Source: an uncultured Pseudoteredinibacter sp. (GTDB taxonomy: Bacteria > Pseudomonadota > Gammaproteobacteria > Pseudomonadales > Cellvibrionaceae). Taken from it: 64,000 bases of DNA. Of this stretch, positions 13,087-24,854 are shown piece after piece. Below the pieces are notes generated by a model, which did not search any database, was not told the origin of the DNA, and saw only the letters and a program-made list of their open reading frames with translations. How positions within the stretch are numbered: position 1 is the stretch's first letter; each line of letters starts with the position of its first letter. The stretch lies in the NCBI RefSeq assembly GCF_947500695.1, contig NZ_CANMSS010000015.1:11301-75300 (forward strand). Reading direction: 5' to 3'. Made by a program: the position numbers and the translations under genes.

Positions 13087-13185
13087 TTTCCGCTGAAGAT
13101 TTGAGCTGATAATTAAATCTAAAACTTTTAGAAGCTCTTTTGAGAACTTGGTAAAGAGCCTCTTTGCCGTCTAGCTGAAAGCCGC

Positions 13186-14196
13186 CTAGGAAACTTCCTC
13201 GCCATGGGCCTGCTTATCAGCATGATAAGAAGAGCGAACCAAAGGCCCACAAGCGGCATGCGTGAAGCCTAACTCTTTCGCCATGGCGGTATACTCATCA
13301 AACTCGTCAGGATGAACGTAGCGATCTACCGCTAGGTGACTTTTGGATGGCTGCAGATACTGACCAATTGTCAGCATATCAATATCATGCTCACGCATAT
13401 CCCGCATCACCTCAAAGATTTCCTCTTTGCTTTCACCCAAGCCCACCATTAAACCTGATTTAGTCAACACATCGGGGCGACGCTTCTTATACTCTTTCAG
13501 CAACTTAAGTGACCAAGCGTAATTTGCGCCGGGGCGAGACTGTCGATATAAACGAGGAACGGTTTCCAAATTGTGATTGAATACGTCCGGTGCTTCAGCC
13601 TCTAAAATATCTAGGGCTTTATCCATTCTGCCGCGAAAATCTGGAGTCAGGATTTCAACCTGTAAGTTTGGAGATAATTCGCGGGCGTCACGAATACAAT
13701 CTGCAAAATGCTGAGCCCCGCCATCACGTAAATCGTCGCGATCAACTGAAGTAATCACCACGTATTTCAAACGCATCTCAGCAATCGCTTCGGCTAGGTT
13801 TCTAGGCTCATCTTGATCAAGCGGCAATGGCTTACCATGGCCAACATCACAGAATGGGCAGCGCCTTGTACAGATCTCTCCCATAATCATAAAAGTCGCG
13901 GTGCCACCGGCGAAACACTCACCTAAATTGGGGCAACTCGCCTCTTCACAAACACTGGCCAAGCCGTTTTTACGGAGGATTTTTTTAATGCGGTCCACTT
14001 CAGGCGAGGCCGTCATACGAACTCGAATCCACTCGGGCTTTCGCTTAACCTCATCACTGGCGATAACTTTTACGGGGATGCGCTCCACTTTGTCGGCATC
14101 ACGGAGTTTTTCGCCGGCTTTATGTCGGCGGGTGCGCTTTACTGGCGTATTCTCAGATCTATCACTCACGATTGTCTCACTCACAGGCCCCAGCAT
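13186..14196 (-). CDS. lipA: Lipoyl synthase (start may be GTG at 14184 or 14169)
   Basis: [12 protein letters not shown] and CTRRCPFC cysteine clusters; [10 protein letters not shown]. Confidence 0.98.
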   Translation of the reverse strand: MLGPVSETIVSDRSENTPVKRTRRHKAGEKLRDADKVERIPVKVIASDEVKRKPEWIRVRMTASPEVDRIKKILRKNGLASVCEEASCPNLGECFAGGTATFMIMGEICTRRCPFCDVGHGKPLPLDQDEPRNLAEAIAEMRLKYVVITSVDRDDLRDGGAQHFADCIRDARELSPNLQVEILTPDFRGRMDKALDILEAEAPDVFNHNLETVPRLYRQSRPGANYAWSLKLLKEYKKRRPDVLTKSGLMVGLGESKEEIFEVMRDMREHDIDMLTIGQYLQPSKSHLAVDRYVHPDEFDEYTAMAKELGFTHAACGPLVRSSYHADKQAHGEEVS

Positions 14197-14839
14197 CAGG
14201 CAGGCCTGCTACTAATGTTTTTTTATCGTAGCCCAACTGCTCCATTAAGCAGCGAACCAATTCATTCTCAATGCTATCCATACTTGGCGTTGGCTCGATC
14301 AGATCAGCCATTTGCACCATTTCCAAACCCTGATAACCACATGGGTTTATTCTTAAAAACGGCTCCAGCGACATCTCAACATTCAAACTTAAGCCGTGAA
14401 AGCTACACCCCTTTCTTACCCTCAATCCTAATGACGCAATCTTTGCTTCATTTATGTAGACTCCAGGAGCGTCAGCTTTCGGGTAAGCTTCCAGATCAAA
14501 GCTGGCAAGGGTTTTTACTAAAGCCTTCTCGATAGCCGTTACCAAATCTCGAACACCAATACCTAGACGACGGAGATCAATTAGCGGGTACAATACTAGC
14601 TGCCCCGGCCCGTGGTAGGTTACCTGACCACCACGATCTACCTGTACCACAGGAATATCTCCAGGCATCAATACATGTTCTGCCTTACCGGCCTGCCCCT
14701 GAGTAAAAACCGGCGGGTGCTGCACCAACCAAAACTCATCAGCACTGTCGGAATCACGCTGATCAGTATAGTTAGACATAGAGCGCCAGACGGGCTCGTA
14801 GTCCATTAAGTCAAGCTTACGAACTTGTACTGCTGGCAT
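14177..14839 (-). CDS. lipB: Octanoyltransferase
   Basis: [40 protein letters not shown]. Confidence 0.97.
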   Translation of the reverse strand: MPAVQVRKLDLMDYEPVWRSMSNYTDQRDSDSADEFWLVQHPPVFTQGQAGKAEHVLMPGDIPVVQVDRGGQVTYHGPGQLVLYPLIDLRRLGIGVRDLVTAIEKALVKTLASFDLEAYPKADAPGVYINEAKIASLGLRVRKGCSFHGLSLNVEMSLEPFLRINPCGYQGLEMVQMADLIEPTPSMDSIENELVRCLMEQLGYDKKTLVAGLPDAGACE

Positions 14840-15112
14840 TTATAAAACCATTTTAACCAAGGGGCTACTTTGAAGGTCTTTATGCAGAGCCTCAAGCTGC
14901 TCTACGCCGGTGGCCGTGATAAGTACAGTCAAAGATTGAAAGCTACCTTTGCTACTGTCTTTTAGGCGAATCTTCTCCGGATCAAAACCAGGCGCATGCT
15001 CATTGAATACACGCATTACTAGCGCGTGCAATTCATCACCTGCATCACCCATAACTTTAATGGGGTAATTCTCGCAAGGAAATTCAATTTTAGGGGCGTC
15101 TGGCTGGCTCAT
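14840..15112 (-). CDS. ybeD: YbeD (DUF493) family protein
   Basis: IEFPCENYPIKVMG, SSKGSFQSLT; position between dacA and lipB. Confidence 0.9.
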   Translation of the reverse strand: MSQPDAPKIEFPCENYPIKVMGDAGDELHALVMRVFNEHAPGFDPEKIRLKDSSKGSFQSLTVLITATGVEQLEALHKDLQSSPLVKMVL

Positions 15113-15236
15113 CTTGTCGTTCCGAGTAGATCAAAGTACAAGAAGCATTATACCGCAAAGCTAGCCAGAGAGAGAGGAAGCGGCGAATTCAGGGATTTGT
15201 ACTAAATTCGCCGTAAAAAACGACTTAAAAAGAAAC

Positions 15237-16379
15237 TTAAGCGAAGAGATTAAAGATAAATAGCTTGATCGTATCCCATAAGCGCGCAAAGAAGCCCGCC
15301 TCTTGAACTGGCTCTAGAGCGACCAACGGCACCTCCGCAAGCTGTTTACCATCAAGCTCAAGCTGCAAACGCCCCAGCTCTTGCCCCTCGGCAATAGGCG
15401 CCTCAATAACCTCATCGAGCTTAACACTCTGCTTTATACGCTCTTGCCCACGTCTTGGAATCGTTAAGGACAATGCCTTGTTAACACCAATAGCAACTTC
15501 CTTGGCCTGTCCACCCCATACACGCTGAGAGGCAAACTGTTGACCTGCTTCCAAGGCTTGATGCGTCTCATAATAGCGGAAACCGTAGGCCATTAGCTTT
15601 TGAGACTCTGCAGCACGAGCTTTATCTGAACGGGTACCCATCACCACAGAAATCAAACGCATACCACTTTTCACACCAGAAGCCACCAAGCAGTAACCCG
15701 CCTCTTCGGTATGGCCAGTCTTCAAACCGTCAATTGATTTATCTAAAAACAGCAAGCGATTCCGATTCATTTGATCGATGCCGTTGTAAGAAAAAGATCG
15801 CTCCGCATAGATTTCATAATGCTCAGGATAATCATTGATGATGGCTTTCGCTAAAATCGCCAAATCACGAGCCGTGGTGTAGTGGCCTTCAGCTGGCCAG
15901 CCGGTGGCATTTAAAAATTGCGTACTGGTCATCCCCAATATCGCCGCCTGCTGATTCATCACATCAGCAAAGGCTTCTTCACTGCCCGCGATATGCTCAG
16001 CCAAAGCAACACTAGCATCATTGCCGGATTGAATAATGACACCGCGCAATAAATCCTTAACGCTAACCTGAGTGCCTTCGCGGATAAACATTTTAGAGCC
16101 GCCCATCTTCCAAGCTCGCACTGAGATATTAACCATATCTTCAGCCGCTACATTTCCCCTATCCATCTCACTGGAAACGATATAGCTAGTCATCATCTTT
16201 GTAAGGCTTGCGGGCGGTAGCATTTCGTCCGCATTATGCTCAACCAGCACCTCACCGGTTTCAGCATCTATCAGTAAATAGGCCGTTGCTGCCAATTGCG
16301 GTGGAGCCGGTATAAGCTGTTGAGCCAATGCCGACGTTACACTTAGGCACAAGATTAAAAAAGTAACAATAGTTCTCAT
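15237..16379 (-). CDS. dacA: D-alanyl-D-alanine carboxypeptidase (PBP5/6)
   Basis: PASLTKMM (SxxK), SGNDA (SxN), DGLKTGHT (KTG). Confidence 0.95.
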   Translation of the reverse strand: MRTIVTFLILCLSVTSALAQQLIPAPPQLAATAYLLIDAETGEVLVEHNADEMLPPASLTKMMTSYIVSSEMDRGNVAAEDMVNISVRAWKMGGSKMFIREGTQVSVKDLLRGVIIQSGNDASVALAEHIAGSEEAFADVMNQQAAILGMTSTQFLNATGWPAEGHYTTARDLAILAKAIINDYPEHYEIYAERSFSYNGIDQMNRNRLLFLDKSIDGLKTGHTEEAGYCLVASGVKSGMRLISVVMGTRSDKARAAESQKLMAYGFRYYETHQALEAGQQFASQRVWGGQAKEVAIGVNKALSLTIPRRGQERIKQSVKLDEVIEAPIAEGQELGRLQLELDGKQLAEVPLVALEPVQEAGFFARLWDTIKLFIFNLFA

Positions 16380-16401
16380 GTGTCTAGACAGTCCTATTTA
16401 T

Positions 16402-17256
16402 TTAGTCATTTACCACAAACCCCGAACCTAAGCTCAGGGCCTGTAAAGTTTGTTTTACAGCCGTAAGATCACCCACTTTCTGCAGTGGGCCAATATGCAC
16501 CTTAAATAAGCCTTTCGCTTGTTGCAATCGCATAGGCTCAGCAATTTGTTGCCGCAAATCCGCCATTAATTTTTCAGCCGCCGCTCTTTGGCTAAACGCG
16601 GCAACTTGCAAAAATGACTGATTGCTTGCAACCGTTTCATTTTTGTTTTGGCGCTCTACATCAACGGCAGCGAGGGCTGGCGTGTTAGTTTGTGAAGCCG
16701 CCACATAGCCCGGGTAATTCAGTGGAGGGTTACCGCTATCTATAGCCTCTACCGAAACCATAGCTGTACCCTGCTCTGCAAAACCTAACTTGCTGGCGGC
16801 AGCATAACTTAAATCAATTATTCGATCACCGTGGAAGGGACCTCGATCGTTAACCCGCACCACTACCGAACGGCCATTTTGGTGATTTGTGACCCTAACA
16901 TAACTGGGAATTGGTAGTGTCTTATGGGCAGCGGTCATTGCGTACATATCATATACTTCGCCATTGGAAGTATTACGGCCATGAAATTTTTTACCGTACC
17001 AAGACGCTTCACCTTGTTGGCGAAAGCCTTTCGAATCAGCCATTACATAATAGCTGATCCCAAAAATTTCATAGGGGCTTTTATTGCCCGCACGCCCACG
17101 ACTTTCTTTTTTAGGGGTAGCATCCGCCAAGCCTGAGAAATCAAGTGGTCGAGAGGGACCACTATCTCTAACTTCTTGTTGACTACAGGCAGTAAGCAAT
17201 AGCAGAACAGCCAGCTGTCCCAATTTAGCAATATGCTTAGCCTGTAAAAAATCCAC
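16402..17256 (-). CDS. rlpA: Septal ring lytic transglycosylase RlpA
   Basis: Lipobox LTAC, ASWYG..FHG, AAHKTLP, VNDRGPF, DLSYAAA, C-terminal SPOR (LQVAAFS). Confidence 0.95.
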   Translation of the reverse strand: MDFLQAKHIAKLGQLAVLLLLTACSQQEVRDSGPSRPLDFSGLADATPKKESRGRAGNKSPYEIFGISYYVMADSKGFRQQGEASWYGKKFHGRNTSNGEVYDMYAMTAAHKTLPIPSYVRVTNHQNGRSVVVRVNDRGPFHGDRIIDLSYAAASKLGFAEQGTAMVSVEAIDSGNPPLNYPGYVAASQTNTPALAAVDVERQNKNETVASNQSFLQVAAFSQRAAAEKLMADLRQQIAEPMRLQQAKGLFKVHIGPLQKVGDLTAVKQTLQALSLGSGFVVND

Positions 17257-17260
17257 TATA

Positions 17261-18274
17261 TTATCCTTTAGCCTTTTTTAAATCGTATTGTTTACGAATT
17301 TCCTGAGCCAATTGGTAAACCGCCATAGCATACATACGGCTATGATTATAACGGGTAATAACATAAAAGTTGTGCAAGCCCAACCAATACTCGGTACCTT
17401 TAGCTCCTTCCAATTTAACAAGGCTGCTAACCTCGTCGCCAGGAAGCTCTAGCATTGCCTTGAAACCCGCCTCGTCTAAAGATGAAACTGTGTACTTTGG
17501 CTTAAGCGACTGATTAGCCAACTCTGCTTTAAAGTTCTTTTCCAAAGCGGCCCGGGCAACCACTGGTGCCCCCTGACGCCAGCCGTGGTGTTTGAAATAA
17601 TTAGCGACACTGCCAATGGCATCTCTTTTGTTTTTCCATATATCGGCAACCTTGTCACCATCAAAATCAACGGCATAAGAGCGGAAGCTGGACGGCATAA
17701 ATTGTCCGTAACCCATCGCACCTGCATAGGAACCCTTCAGTGCCAATGGATCCTGCTGTTGCTCGCGAGTGAGTCGCAAAAAGTGCTTGAGTTCCTTAGT
17801 AAAGAACTCACTCCTTCTAGGGTAATCAAAAGCCAAGGTAGCAAGAGCATCCAGCACTCGATAGCTACCCATAATGCGCCCATAGCGAGTCTCAACGCCA
17901 ATAATGGCCACTATAATTTCCTGTGGTACCCCATACTTCTCTGAGGCAGCATCTAAGGCCGGTTGATTTTTCTGCCAAAACTCAACCCCCTTAGGCGTGC
18001 GCTTACCATCGAGAAATAACTTGCGGTAATCTTTCCACTCTAGAGCTTTTTCTGCCGGGCGCGACATGGCCTTCAAAATCGACTGTTTTTTCTTAGCCTC
18101 GGCAAACAATGCTTCCAATTTCGTTCTATCGAAATCATGCTCAGCGACCATTTCATCGATCAACTTAATGGCCTGAGGGTGCTGGGCATAATTTTCAGCA
18201 ACGCTTAAGGTAGATGTCAGCGACGCCGATATTGCCAGCATCGTCACTCCAATATTCTTTAAACCTGTAATCAT
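17261..18274 (-). CDS. mltB: Lytic murein transglycosylase B
   Basis: IIGVETRYG, GSYAGAMGYGQFMPSS, ITRYNHS. Confidence 0.95.
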   Translation of the reverse strand: MITGLKNIGVTMLAISASLTSTLSVAENYAQHPQAIKLIDEMVAEHDFDRTKLEALFAEAKKKQSILKAMSRPAEKALEWKDYRKLFLDGKRTPKGVEFWQKNQPALDAASEKYGVPQEIIVAIIGVETRYGRIMGSYRVLDALATLAFDYPRRSEFFTKELKHFLRLTREQQQDPLALKGSYAGAMGYGQFMPSSFRSYAVDFDGDKVADIWKNKRDAIGSVANYFKHHGWRQGAPVVARAALEKNFKAELANQSLKPKYTVSSLDEAGFKAMLELPGDEVSSLVKLEGAKGTEYWLGLHNFYVITRYNHSRMYAMAVYQLAQEIRKQYDLKKAKG

Positions 18275-18454
18275 CTATAAGGCTCTTCTAGTATCTCTGC
18301 ATATCTTTCAATAAAACCAGTTAGTCTTTTTATAAAGCCAACTTACCATTCAATAAATTTTAGCAACCCATACAGCAATCAAAGTGTTCAATAAGCGACG
18401 TTTTAGCTCCGTCCCTAAGGCCAATGCCGCAACTAAAGAGCTGCCATCGACATA

Positions 18455-19600
18455 TCAAATACTCACCTTTCTACGCTCAGTACTAATCGCCATTAGCAAA
18501 CCAAAGCCTGTGAGCAGAGTAACCAAGGCTGTGCCACCATGGCTAACCAAGGGCAAAGGCACTCCTACTACTGGCAATAAACCCGTCACCATTCCAATAT
18601 TTACAAAAATATAAACAAAAAAAGTGAAGGTAATACAACCTGCCAATATTCGGTTGAAGCTTGATTGCGCTCTAGCAGCTATCAATAGGCCGCGACCTAA
18701 GATAAATAAATAAATCAGCAATAGTAACAACACACCCAATAAGCCAAACTCTTCAGCTAAGACTGCGATAATAAAATCTGTGTGGCTTTCTGGTAGGAAA
18801 TTCAACTGGGACTGAGTACCATTCATCCAGCCTTTTCCGTACACTCCTCCGGAGCCAATAGCCGTTTTTGATTGAATAATATTCCAGCCCGCCCCAAGTT
18901 TATCGGCCTCAGGATTGAACATGGTTAGGATGCGCTGCTTCTGATAATCCCGCAATACAAATTGCCACATAGGCCAAGCACTCATTAGGGCTAGCAAGGC
19001 GGCCCCCAAAATATAGCGCCACCGCAGCCCTGCGAAAAACAGACCTATCAAGCCAGAAGCCGCAATCAACAAAGAGGTTCCTAAATCAGGCTGCTCCAGA
19101 ATAAGCACCGTTGGCAGACCAACAATCATTAAGCTCACGACAATATGCTTAAAGCTTGGAGGTAATACTCTCACCCCCAAGTAGGAGGCCACCATCATCG
19201 GCACAGCGAGTTTGATGACCTCTGAAGGCTGAAATCGAAAACCCCCTATACTCAACCAACGCTGCGCGCCCTTCGCCCCAGAACCCATAATCAGCACAAG
19301 AGCCAGCAAGCCAACACCCCCGAGATAAAACCAAGGTGACCAGCGCTGCAAAAAGCTCATCTTAAACTGCGCCGCAGTAAACATGGCGACATAGCCAAGG
19401 GAGATAAAAACTGTTTGGCGTTGAATGTAATATTTGGTCTCTCCGCTGGCACTATACAATACGATCAAGCCAAAAGCGGTAAGCGCCAACAAACCAAGCA
19501 GCAAAGGCACATCAATATGAATTCGCTGCCACACGCCCATCGGCTTGCGTAAATCACGGCTTGCCTCCGGCATTCGGCGTTGAAAGTCTTGCTGTACCAT
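18455..19600 (-). CDS. rodA: Rod shape-determining SEDS glycosyltransferase RodA
   Basis: GAQRWL, QPSE, QPDLGT, LPESHTDFI, PLVSHGG. Confidence 0.97.
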   Translation of the reverse strand: MVQQDFQRRMPEASRDLRKPMGVWQRIHIDVPLLLGLLALTAFGLIVLYSASGETKYYIQRQTVFISLGYVAMFTAAQFKMSFLQRWSPWFYLGGVGLLALVLIMGSGAKGAQRWLSIGGFRFQPSEVIKLAVPMMVASYLGVRVLPPSFKHIVVSLMIVGLPTVLILEQPDLGTSLLIAASGLIGLFFAGLRWRYILGAALLALMSAWPMWQFVLRDYQKQRILTMFNPEADKLGAGWNIIQSKTAIGSGGVYGKGWMNGTQSQLNFLPESHTDFIIAVLAEEFGLLGVLLLLLIYLFILGRGLLIAARAQSSFNRILAGCITFTFFVYIFVNIGMVTGLLPVVGVPLPLVSHGGTALVTLLTGFGLLMAISTERRKVSI

Positions 19601-21471
19601 TAGCGGCCTACCTCGACATTGTCGAGCTGCCCATGAAGCAAATACTCATCGAATATTTCGCGTGCAACTTTCGCAGCCAAAGAACTCTTTTCCCCATTTT
19701 CTACAATGACAGCAACTGCTATCTTTGGGTTTTCCGCAGGCGCATAGCCAACAAATAAGGCATGGTCCCGCTGTCTTTCTGCTAGCGCTTCCGAATCGTA
19801 TTCCGCATCTTGTGCAATCCCAACCACCTGGGCTGTTCCGGTCTTTCCGGCCATTCGAAAATTAGCCTTTCTAGCAATCGACTTAGCTGTGCCTCTTTGC
19901 CCGTGCACCACTTCTTCCATTGATTCCATAACCAGCGACCAGTTTTTCTCACTGGCCTCGACAGCCTTAGTCGCTTTATCCGACAGCTCTTGTTCGCCCA
20001 CTTTTTTCACCAATCTAGGTTGGCGATGAACACCTTTTGATGCCAAGGTTGCGGTCATTGAAGCCAGCTGCAAAGGCGTCGTCAAAACAAACCCCTGACC
20101 AATCCCCATATTCAAACTGTCGCCCGGAAACCAAGGCAAGCCCCTAACCGCTCTTTTCCATTTACGGGAAGGCCATAAACCAGATCGCTCACTGGGGATA
20201 TCAACACCCGTACGCTCACCTAAACCAAACTTATCGCCAAAATCGTGCATCCGATCGATGCCCATGCGAAACGCCAAGTCGTAGTAATAAACATCACAAG
20301 ATTGTGCAACAGCTTGCTTTAAGGCAATACGATGACCATGACCACGCTTCTTCCAGTCTCGATATTTGCGTTCTTCACCTTCAAGCTGATAGAAGCCCGG
20401 ATCACGCACCGAATAATGCTCATCGATTATCTTGGCTTCTAGCCCACCCAAAGCCAACATTGGCTTTAAGGTCGAGCCTGGCGGATAACCACCTTGAATG
20501 GCTCGATTAAAAAGCGGCAGGTCCGGCGATTCATTCAAAGCTCTATAGTTTTTATAACTAATACCAGTCACAAATAAATTAGGGTCATAACTAGGTGCGC
20601 TCACCATGGCTAAAACACCGCCGGTTTCAATTTCCATAGCGACTACAGCACCACGCCGACCACCGAGTGCAGCATAAGCTTTTCTCTGTAACTGAGCATC
20701 CAGAAACAATTGCAAGTTCTGGCCCGGAGTAGGATCTGTTCTCTCCAATACCCTTAACACTCGACCTCTAGCATTGGTTTCCACTTGCTGATAGCCAACG
20801 TCCCCAAGTAAAAGCCTCTCGTACTGTTTTTCCAGGCCGATCTTGCCAATGGAGTCTGTGCCGTTGTACAAGGCATATTCTTCAGGGGTCAGCGATTTAA
20901 GTTCACGCTCATTAATTCGCCCCACATAGCCAACATTGTGAGCAAACAGATCTTGTTGCGGGTAGTAGCGTACCAACTGAGCCTCAACCACCACTCCTTT
21001 TAAGCGGTATTCGTTGACCGCAATCTTGGCGATTTCTTCTTCACCCAAAAGATATCGTAAAGGAATTGGTTCATAGGGACGACGGCGACGCTTAGGGCGC
21101 TTTAAGCGTTTATAAAAGTCTTCCAGTTCATCGTCACTGATATCCACTAGCTGGCGTAGCAAGCGCAAACTTGATTCCAATGAACCAACCTGCTCTTTTA
21201 CAATTGAAAGCGTATAACTGGGACGATTTTCGGCAAGCAGCTCGCCACGACGCCCATAGATTAGACCGCGCGTCGGCGGTAAGGGTTGCACCTGCACCCG
21301 GTTACGATCAGATTGGGTAACATAGGTCTCATACTCAACAACTTGCAGAGTATATAGGCGTGCAATAAGCACAACGATAAGCGCAACAATTAAGGCAGCG
21401 ACGATAATAGCGCGTCGAAAAAAGATTCGAGCTTCATTGTAATGATCTTTAAAACGCAGATGCTCAGACAT
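19600..21471 (-). CDS. mrdA: Penicillin-binding protein 2
   Basis: YPPGSTLKP (SxxK), SCDVYYY, AGKTGTAQV. Confidence 0.97.
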   Translation of the reverse strand: MSEHLRFKDHYNEARIFFRRAIIVAALIVALIVVLIARLYTLQVVEYETYVTQSDRNRVQVQPLPPTRGLIYGRRGELLAENRPSYTLSIVKEQVGSLESSLRLLRQLVDISDDELEDFYKRLKRPKRRRRPYEPIPLRYLLGEEEIAKIAVNEYRLKGVVVEAQLVRYYPQQDLFAHNVGYVGRINERELKSLTPEEYALYNGTDSIGKIGLEKQYERLLLGDVGYQQVETNARGRVLRVLERTDPTPGQNLQLFLDAQLQRKAYAALGGRRGAVVAMEIETGGVLAMVSAPSYDPNLFVTGISYKNYRALNESPDLPLFNRAIQGGYPPGSTLKPMLALGGLEAKIIDEHYSVRDPGFYQLEGEERKYRDWKKRGHGHRIALKQAVAQSCDVYYYDLAFRMGIDRMHDFGDKFGLGERTGVDIPSERSGLWPSRKWKRAVRGLPWFPGDSLNMGIGQGFVLTTPLQLASMTATLASKGVHRQPRLVKKVGEQELSDKATKAVEASEKNWSLVMESMEEVVHGQRGTAKSIARKANFRMAGKTGTAQVVGIAQDAEYDSEALAERQRDHALFVGYAPAENPKIAVAVIVENGEKSSLAAKVAREIFDEYLLHGQLDNVEVGR

Positions 21472-21608
21472 GGCGGAATACTTCAGCTCTGCTCAAGACA
21501 TTAACTTGTGGGAGCTGTTGAATAAGCCCCCTAGCCAGGATTTGTTCCATGCCGTCCCCAAGCAGCTAAACCACTGCCGTCAAAGCTCTTCACTACATCA
21601 CCCTTTTG

Positions 21609-22076
21609 TTATTTGTGATAGGGGTGATTATTTAAAATTGTCCAAGCCCGATACAGCTGCTCGATCAAGACAATCCTCACCAGCGGGTGCGGCAATGTCA
21701 GCGCTGATAGCGACCAGCGCACATCCGCGCGCTGTAAACACTGCTGCGATAAGCCGTCTGGCCCACCAATTAACAAGCTGTAATTATTACCATCCATGCG
21801 CCAGTCTGCCAATTTATCGGCTAGCTGTTCGGTACCCCAAGGCTTGCCCTTAACATCAAGAGCGATCACCTTGTCACCATCTGGAATGGCCGCAAGCATT
21901 GCCTCACTTTCTTTAGCAATGGCCTTTTCTATTGAGGCGTTTTTGCCTCTAGGGCCAAGCGGCAGTTCAAGCACCTCCACCGGAAAATCCCGTGGCAGTC
22001 GCTTTGCATAATCTTTGTAGCCAGTTTCTACCCAAGCGGGCATTTTGGTACCAACAGCTATAATTCGAGTACGCAT
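21609..22076 (-). CDS. rlmH: 23S rRNA pseudouridine1915 N3-methyltransferase
   Basis: [28 protein letters not shown]. Confidence 0.97.
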   Translation of the reverse strand: MRTRIIAVGTKMPAWVETGYKDYAKRLPRDFPVEVLELPLGPRGKNASIEKAIAKESEAMLAAIPDGDKVIALDVKGKPWGTEQLADKLADWRMDGNNYSLLIGGPDGLSQQCLQRADVRWSLSALTLPHPLVRIVLIEQLYRAWTILNNHPYHK

Positions 22077-22083
22077 AGTTGAA

Positions 22084-22440
22084 TTAGTTCAGATCGTCTT
22101 CGTCACTTTCATCTTGGCGATTTGCGGGCTCCATGGACCAAAGTTTTTCCAGGTCATAAAAGCGTCGGCTTTGCTCCAACATAACATGCACTACAATGCT
22201 ACCTAGATCTACCAACACCCACTCACCGGTTTCCATACCTTCAACCCCAAGAGGTTGCTCACCGGCCGCCTTAGCATCCATCACAACATTGTTGGCTAAT
22301 GACTTCACATGACGGTTAGATGTTCCCGTAACAATAACAAGGGTATCCATTACATCGCTTAATTCAGCGACATCCAAACTTACAATATCTTGCCCTTTGA
22401 CATCTTCCAGAGCATTGATGACAACTTGATTTAGATCCAA
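22084..22440 (-). CDS. rsfS: Ribosome silencing factor
   Basis: [32 protein letters not shown]. Confidence 0.96.
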   Translation of the reverse strand: MDLNQVVINALEDVKGQDIVSLDVAELSDVMDTLVIVTGTSNRHVKSLANNVVMDAKAAGEQPLGVEGMETGEWVLVDLGSIVVHVMLEQSRRFYDLEKLWSMEPANRQDESDEDDLN

Positions 22441-22458
22441 AAATAAAACCTCTTTGAG

Positions 22459-23145
22459 TTAGTTCGCACAGTATAGGCTGTGCTCTTCAATATAATTCGC
22501 CACACTTTGCGGCAATTCAGACAATTGCGAAGCAGGCACACCGGCAGCAAGCTGCTGCCTAATTTTTGTTGATGAAATATCCATTAAAGGCGCCTCAAGC
22601 AACATCCACCTGCCTTTTGGAGCCGCTAGCAATGGCGCAATATCAAAACACTGCCGAGCATTTAGCTCAGCCTGTAACTGCGGCGGCTGTGTTTTTGTGC
22701 CCTCAGCCCAACTCCAACCTGGGCGAGCCAAGACGATCAAATTAGCCAGTTCAAACAACTGTTCCCAACGATGCCAGCGATGCAGCTGCATTAATGAGTC
22801 TAGCCCCATACAAAAGCATAGGCAGGCTTTTTCATCATGTTCTAGGCGCCACTCCAGCAACGTATCCACAGTATAAGATGGCCCACTGCGCCTCAACTCT
22901 CTAGCATCCACCGATAAACTAGGAGCCTCTGCCACCGCTAAACTCAACATTGCTAAGCGCTGCTGCGCAGAGACATTGGCCGAGCCCTTCAAGGGCTGCT
23001 GAGCAGCTGGCAACAAGGCCATATCCTGCAAGCCCAAACTTTGCTGCGCCTTTTCAGCAAGGTATATATGGCCACGATGCACAGGGTCAAAGCTTCCCCC
23101 GAACAAGCCATAAGCCGAAAGTTTAGTTGCGGATGTGGCCATCAC
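22459..23145 (-). CDS. nadD: Nicotinate-nucleotide adenylyltransferase
   Basis: [31 protein letters not shown]. Confidence 0.95.
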   Translation of the reverse strand: MMATSATKLSAYGLFGGSFDPVHRGHIYLAEKAQQSLGLQDMALLPAAQQPLKGSANVSAQQRLAMLSLAVAEAPSLSVDARELRRSGPSYTVDTLLEWRLEHDEKACLCFCMGLDSLMQLHRWHRWEQLFELANLIVLARPGWSWAEGTKTQPPQLQAELNARQCFDIAPLLAAPKGRWMLLEAPLMDISSTKIRQQLAAGVPASQLSELPQSVANYIEEHSLYCAN

Positions 23146-24403
23146 CGAACACTATCCACTTTTGAGAAGTAAGCCCTTGCAGACCAACAGGCCCTCGAGC
23201 GTGAATTTTATCCGTTGAGATACCAATTTCCGCACCTAAGCCATACTCAAAACCATCGGCAAAGCGAGTTGAGGCATTGGCCATAACCGACGCCGAATCA
23301 ACTTGAGCTAAAAATGATCGAATACGACTATAGTCTTCACTCACTATACTCTCGGTGTGACCTGAGCTGTGGCGTGCAATATGGGCAATCGCCTCGGCCA
23401 TGTCGCACACTACTTTTACCGCTAACACTGGAGCCAAATATTCCGTGTCCCAATCTTCTGGGCTTGCTTGAACGAGCAAGTCACCATCAGCCTCATTAAT
23501 TTCATGAAGCTTTGAGTAAGAAGCTTCACAGGCGCGTAGCTGCACACCTTTATGCCAGTAAGCTTTTGCCAAATCCGTTAAAAACTCACCCGACAAATCT
23601 TCATGTATGAGCAGGGTCTCCATCGCATTACAAACACCATAACGGTGTGTTTTGGCATTAACAGCGATAGCTTTTGCCTTATCCAAATCGGCCTTATCAT
23701 CAAGGTAGACATGGCATATGCCGTCTAGGTGCTTAATAACATTTACCTTGGCCTCATTGCTTATTCTCTCGATTAGGCCTCGGCCCCCACGAGGAACAAT
23801 GACATCGACAAATTCCGGCATAGTAATCATCGCCGAAACGGCCGCTCGATCCGTAGTTTCAATAACCTGCACAGCATTTTCAGGCAGTCCCGCTGAGGCA
23901 AGACCCGCAGTGATACATTTGGCAATTGCCTGATTCGAATGAAACGCTTCCTTACCACCGCGTAATATAGTGGCATTGCCGGATTTTAAGCATAAACTGG
24001 CTGCATCAATGGTCACATTTGGACGCGACTCATAAATAATCCCGACCACCCCAAGCGGCACTCTCATTTTACCGACCTGAATGCCACTCGGCCGATAGCT
24101 CATATCACTGATTTCGCCACAGGGGTCCGGCAATGCTGCTACCTGCTGCAAACCTTCCACCATCTGACCAATACCAGTGCCTGTAATCGCCAAGCGATCC
24201 AATAAAGCGTCCTCTAAGCCAGACTCTCGTCCCAGCTGCAAGTCGGTTTCATTGGCTTGTAAAATTTGTTCTTGCTGAGCCTTAAGCTCGGCGGCTATTG
24301 CAAGCAAGGCCTGATTCTTTTGGCCGCTATCAACCAAAAGCAGCTCCCGCGAAGCCGCTCTTGCCTGTTGCCCCAACTGGCGCATATAACTATCAATATT
24401 CAT
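23123..24403 (-). CDS. proA: Gamma-glutamyl phosphate reductase
   Basis: [36 protein letters not shown]. Confidence 0.97.
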   Translation of the reverse strand: MNIDSYMRQLGQQARAASRELLLVDSGQKNQALLAIAAELKAQQEQILQANETDLQLGRESGLEDALLDRLAITGTGIGQMVEGLQQVAALPDPCGEISDMSYRPSGIQVGKMRVPLGVVGIIYESRPNVTIDAASLCLKSGNATILRGGKEAFHSNQAIAKCITAGLASAGLPENAVQVIETTDRAAVSAMITMPEFVDVIVPRGGRGLIERISNEAKVNVIKHLDGICHVYLDDKADLDKAKAIAVNAKTHRYGVCNAMETLLIHEDLSGEFLTDLAKAYWHKGVQLRACEASYSKLHEINEADGDLLVQASPEDWDTEYLAPVLAVKVVCDMAEAIAHIARHSSGHTESIVSEDYSRIRSFLAQVDSASVMANASTRFADGFEYGLGAEIGISTDKIHARGPVGLQGLTSQKWIVFGDGHIRN

Positions 24404-24589
24404 AACTTTGCTATTTACTTGGTAAGTTTATCGGCTTGTATTTTCAAGCTTTTGGCCCGAGACGGCAGTAATTTACCACCTGCCATCCAATAAACGAGCA
24501 TAACTGAGCATTATACCTTGTTTCCGGGCAGCTGACTGCGCCGAACAGCCAGCAATTTTAGGCACCTTAAAACAACAATAAACGCCAAG

Positions 24590-24623
24590 TTTCAGCCAAG
24601 GTTCAGGGAAACACTTTTAGCCT
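24590..24623 (+). promoter_or_regulatory. Candidate PhoP-type direct-repeat box with -10
   Basis: TTTCAG-N5-GTTCAG (24590-24606) followed by TAGCCT (24618-24623), upstream of a PepSY-phoP-phoQ-like cluster. Confidence 0.5.
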
Positions 24624-24854
24624 GAAACTCTGATCTGGTTGATCACACAAAAAAGGCAAGCAAGGTGGCACATATAACCGGCCGACATTTCAGGCATTCC
24701 GGTGTAAGATGGCCTTAGACGTAGTTGCAGGCGCCAACGCCAAATGCGGTGCCATAACAGCACTGATTAAAATAAGCGGCAAATATCGCTCGCTATCAGC
24801 TCGCTTGTTCTAGACTGCTTAATAGCAGCCAATGCTCTAACCGGAACACATTAA

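Noticed and set aside
13134-13159. GCTCTTT-N12-AAAGAGC between convergent GDPD and lipA
   Set aside because: Stem too weak and loop too large to call a terminator confidently
15181-15213. CGGCGAATT-N15-AATTCGCCG inverted repeat (REP or terminator?)
   Set aside because: Single copy in the window; the A/U tract has the wrong polarity for a dacA terminator; function cannot be assigned
24666-24760. TGGCAC motifs on both strands resembling sigma54 promoters
   Set aside because: Neither has GC at the required GG-N10-GC spacing
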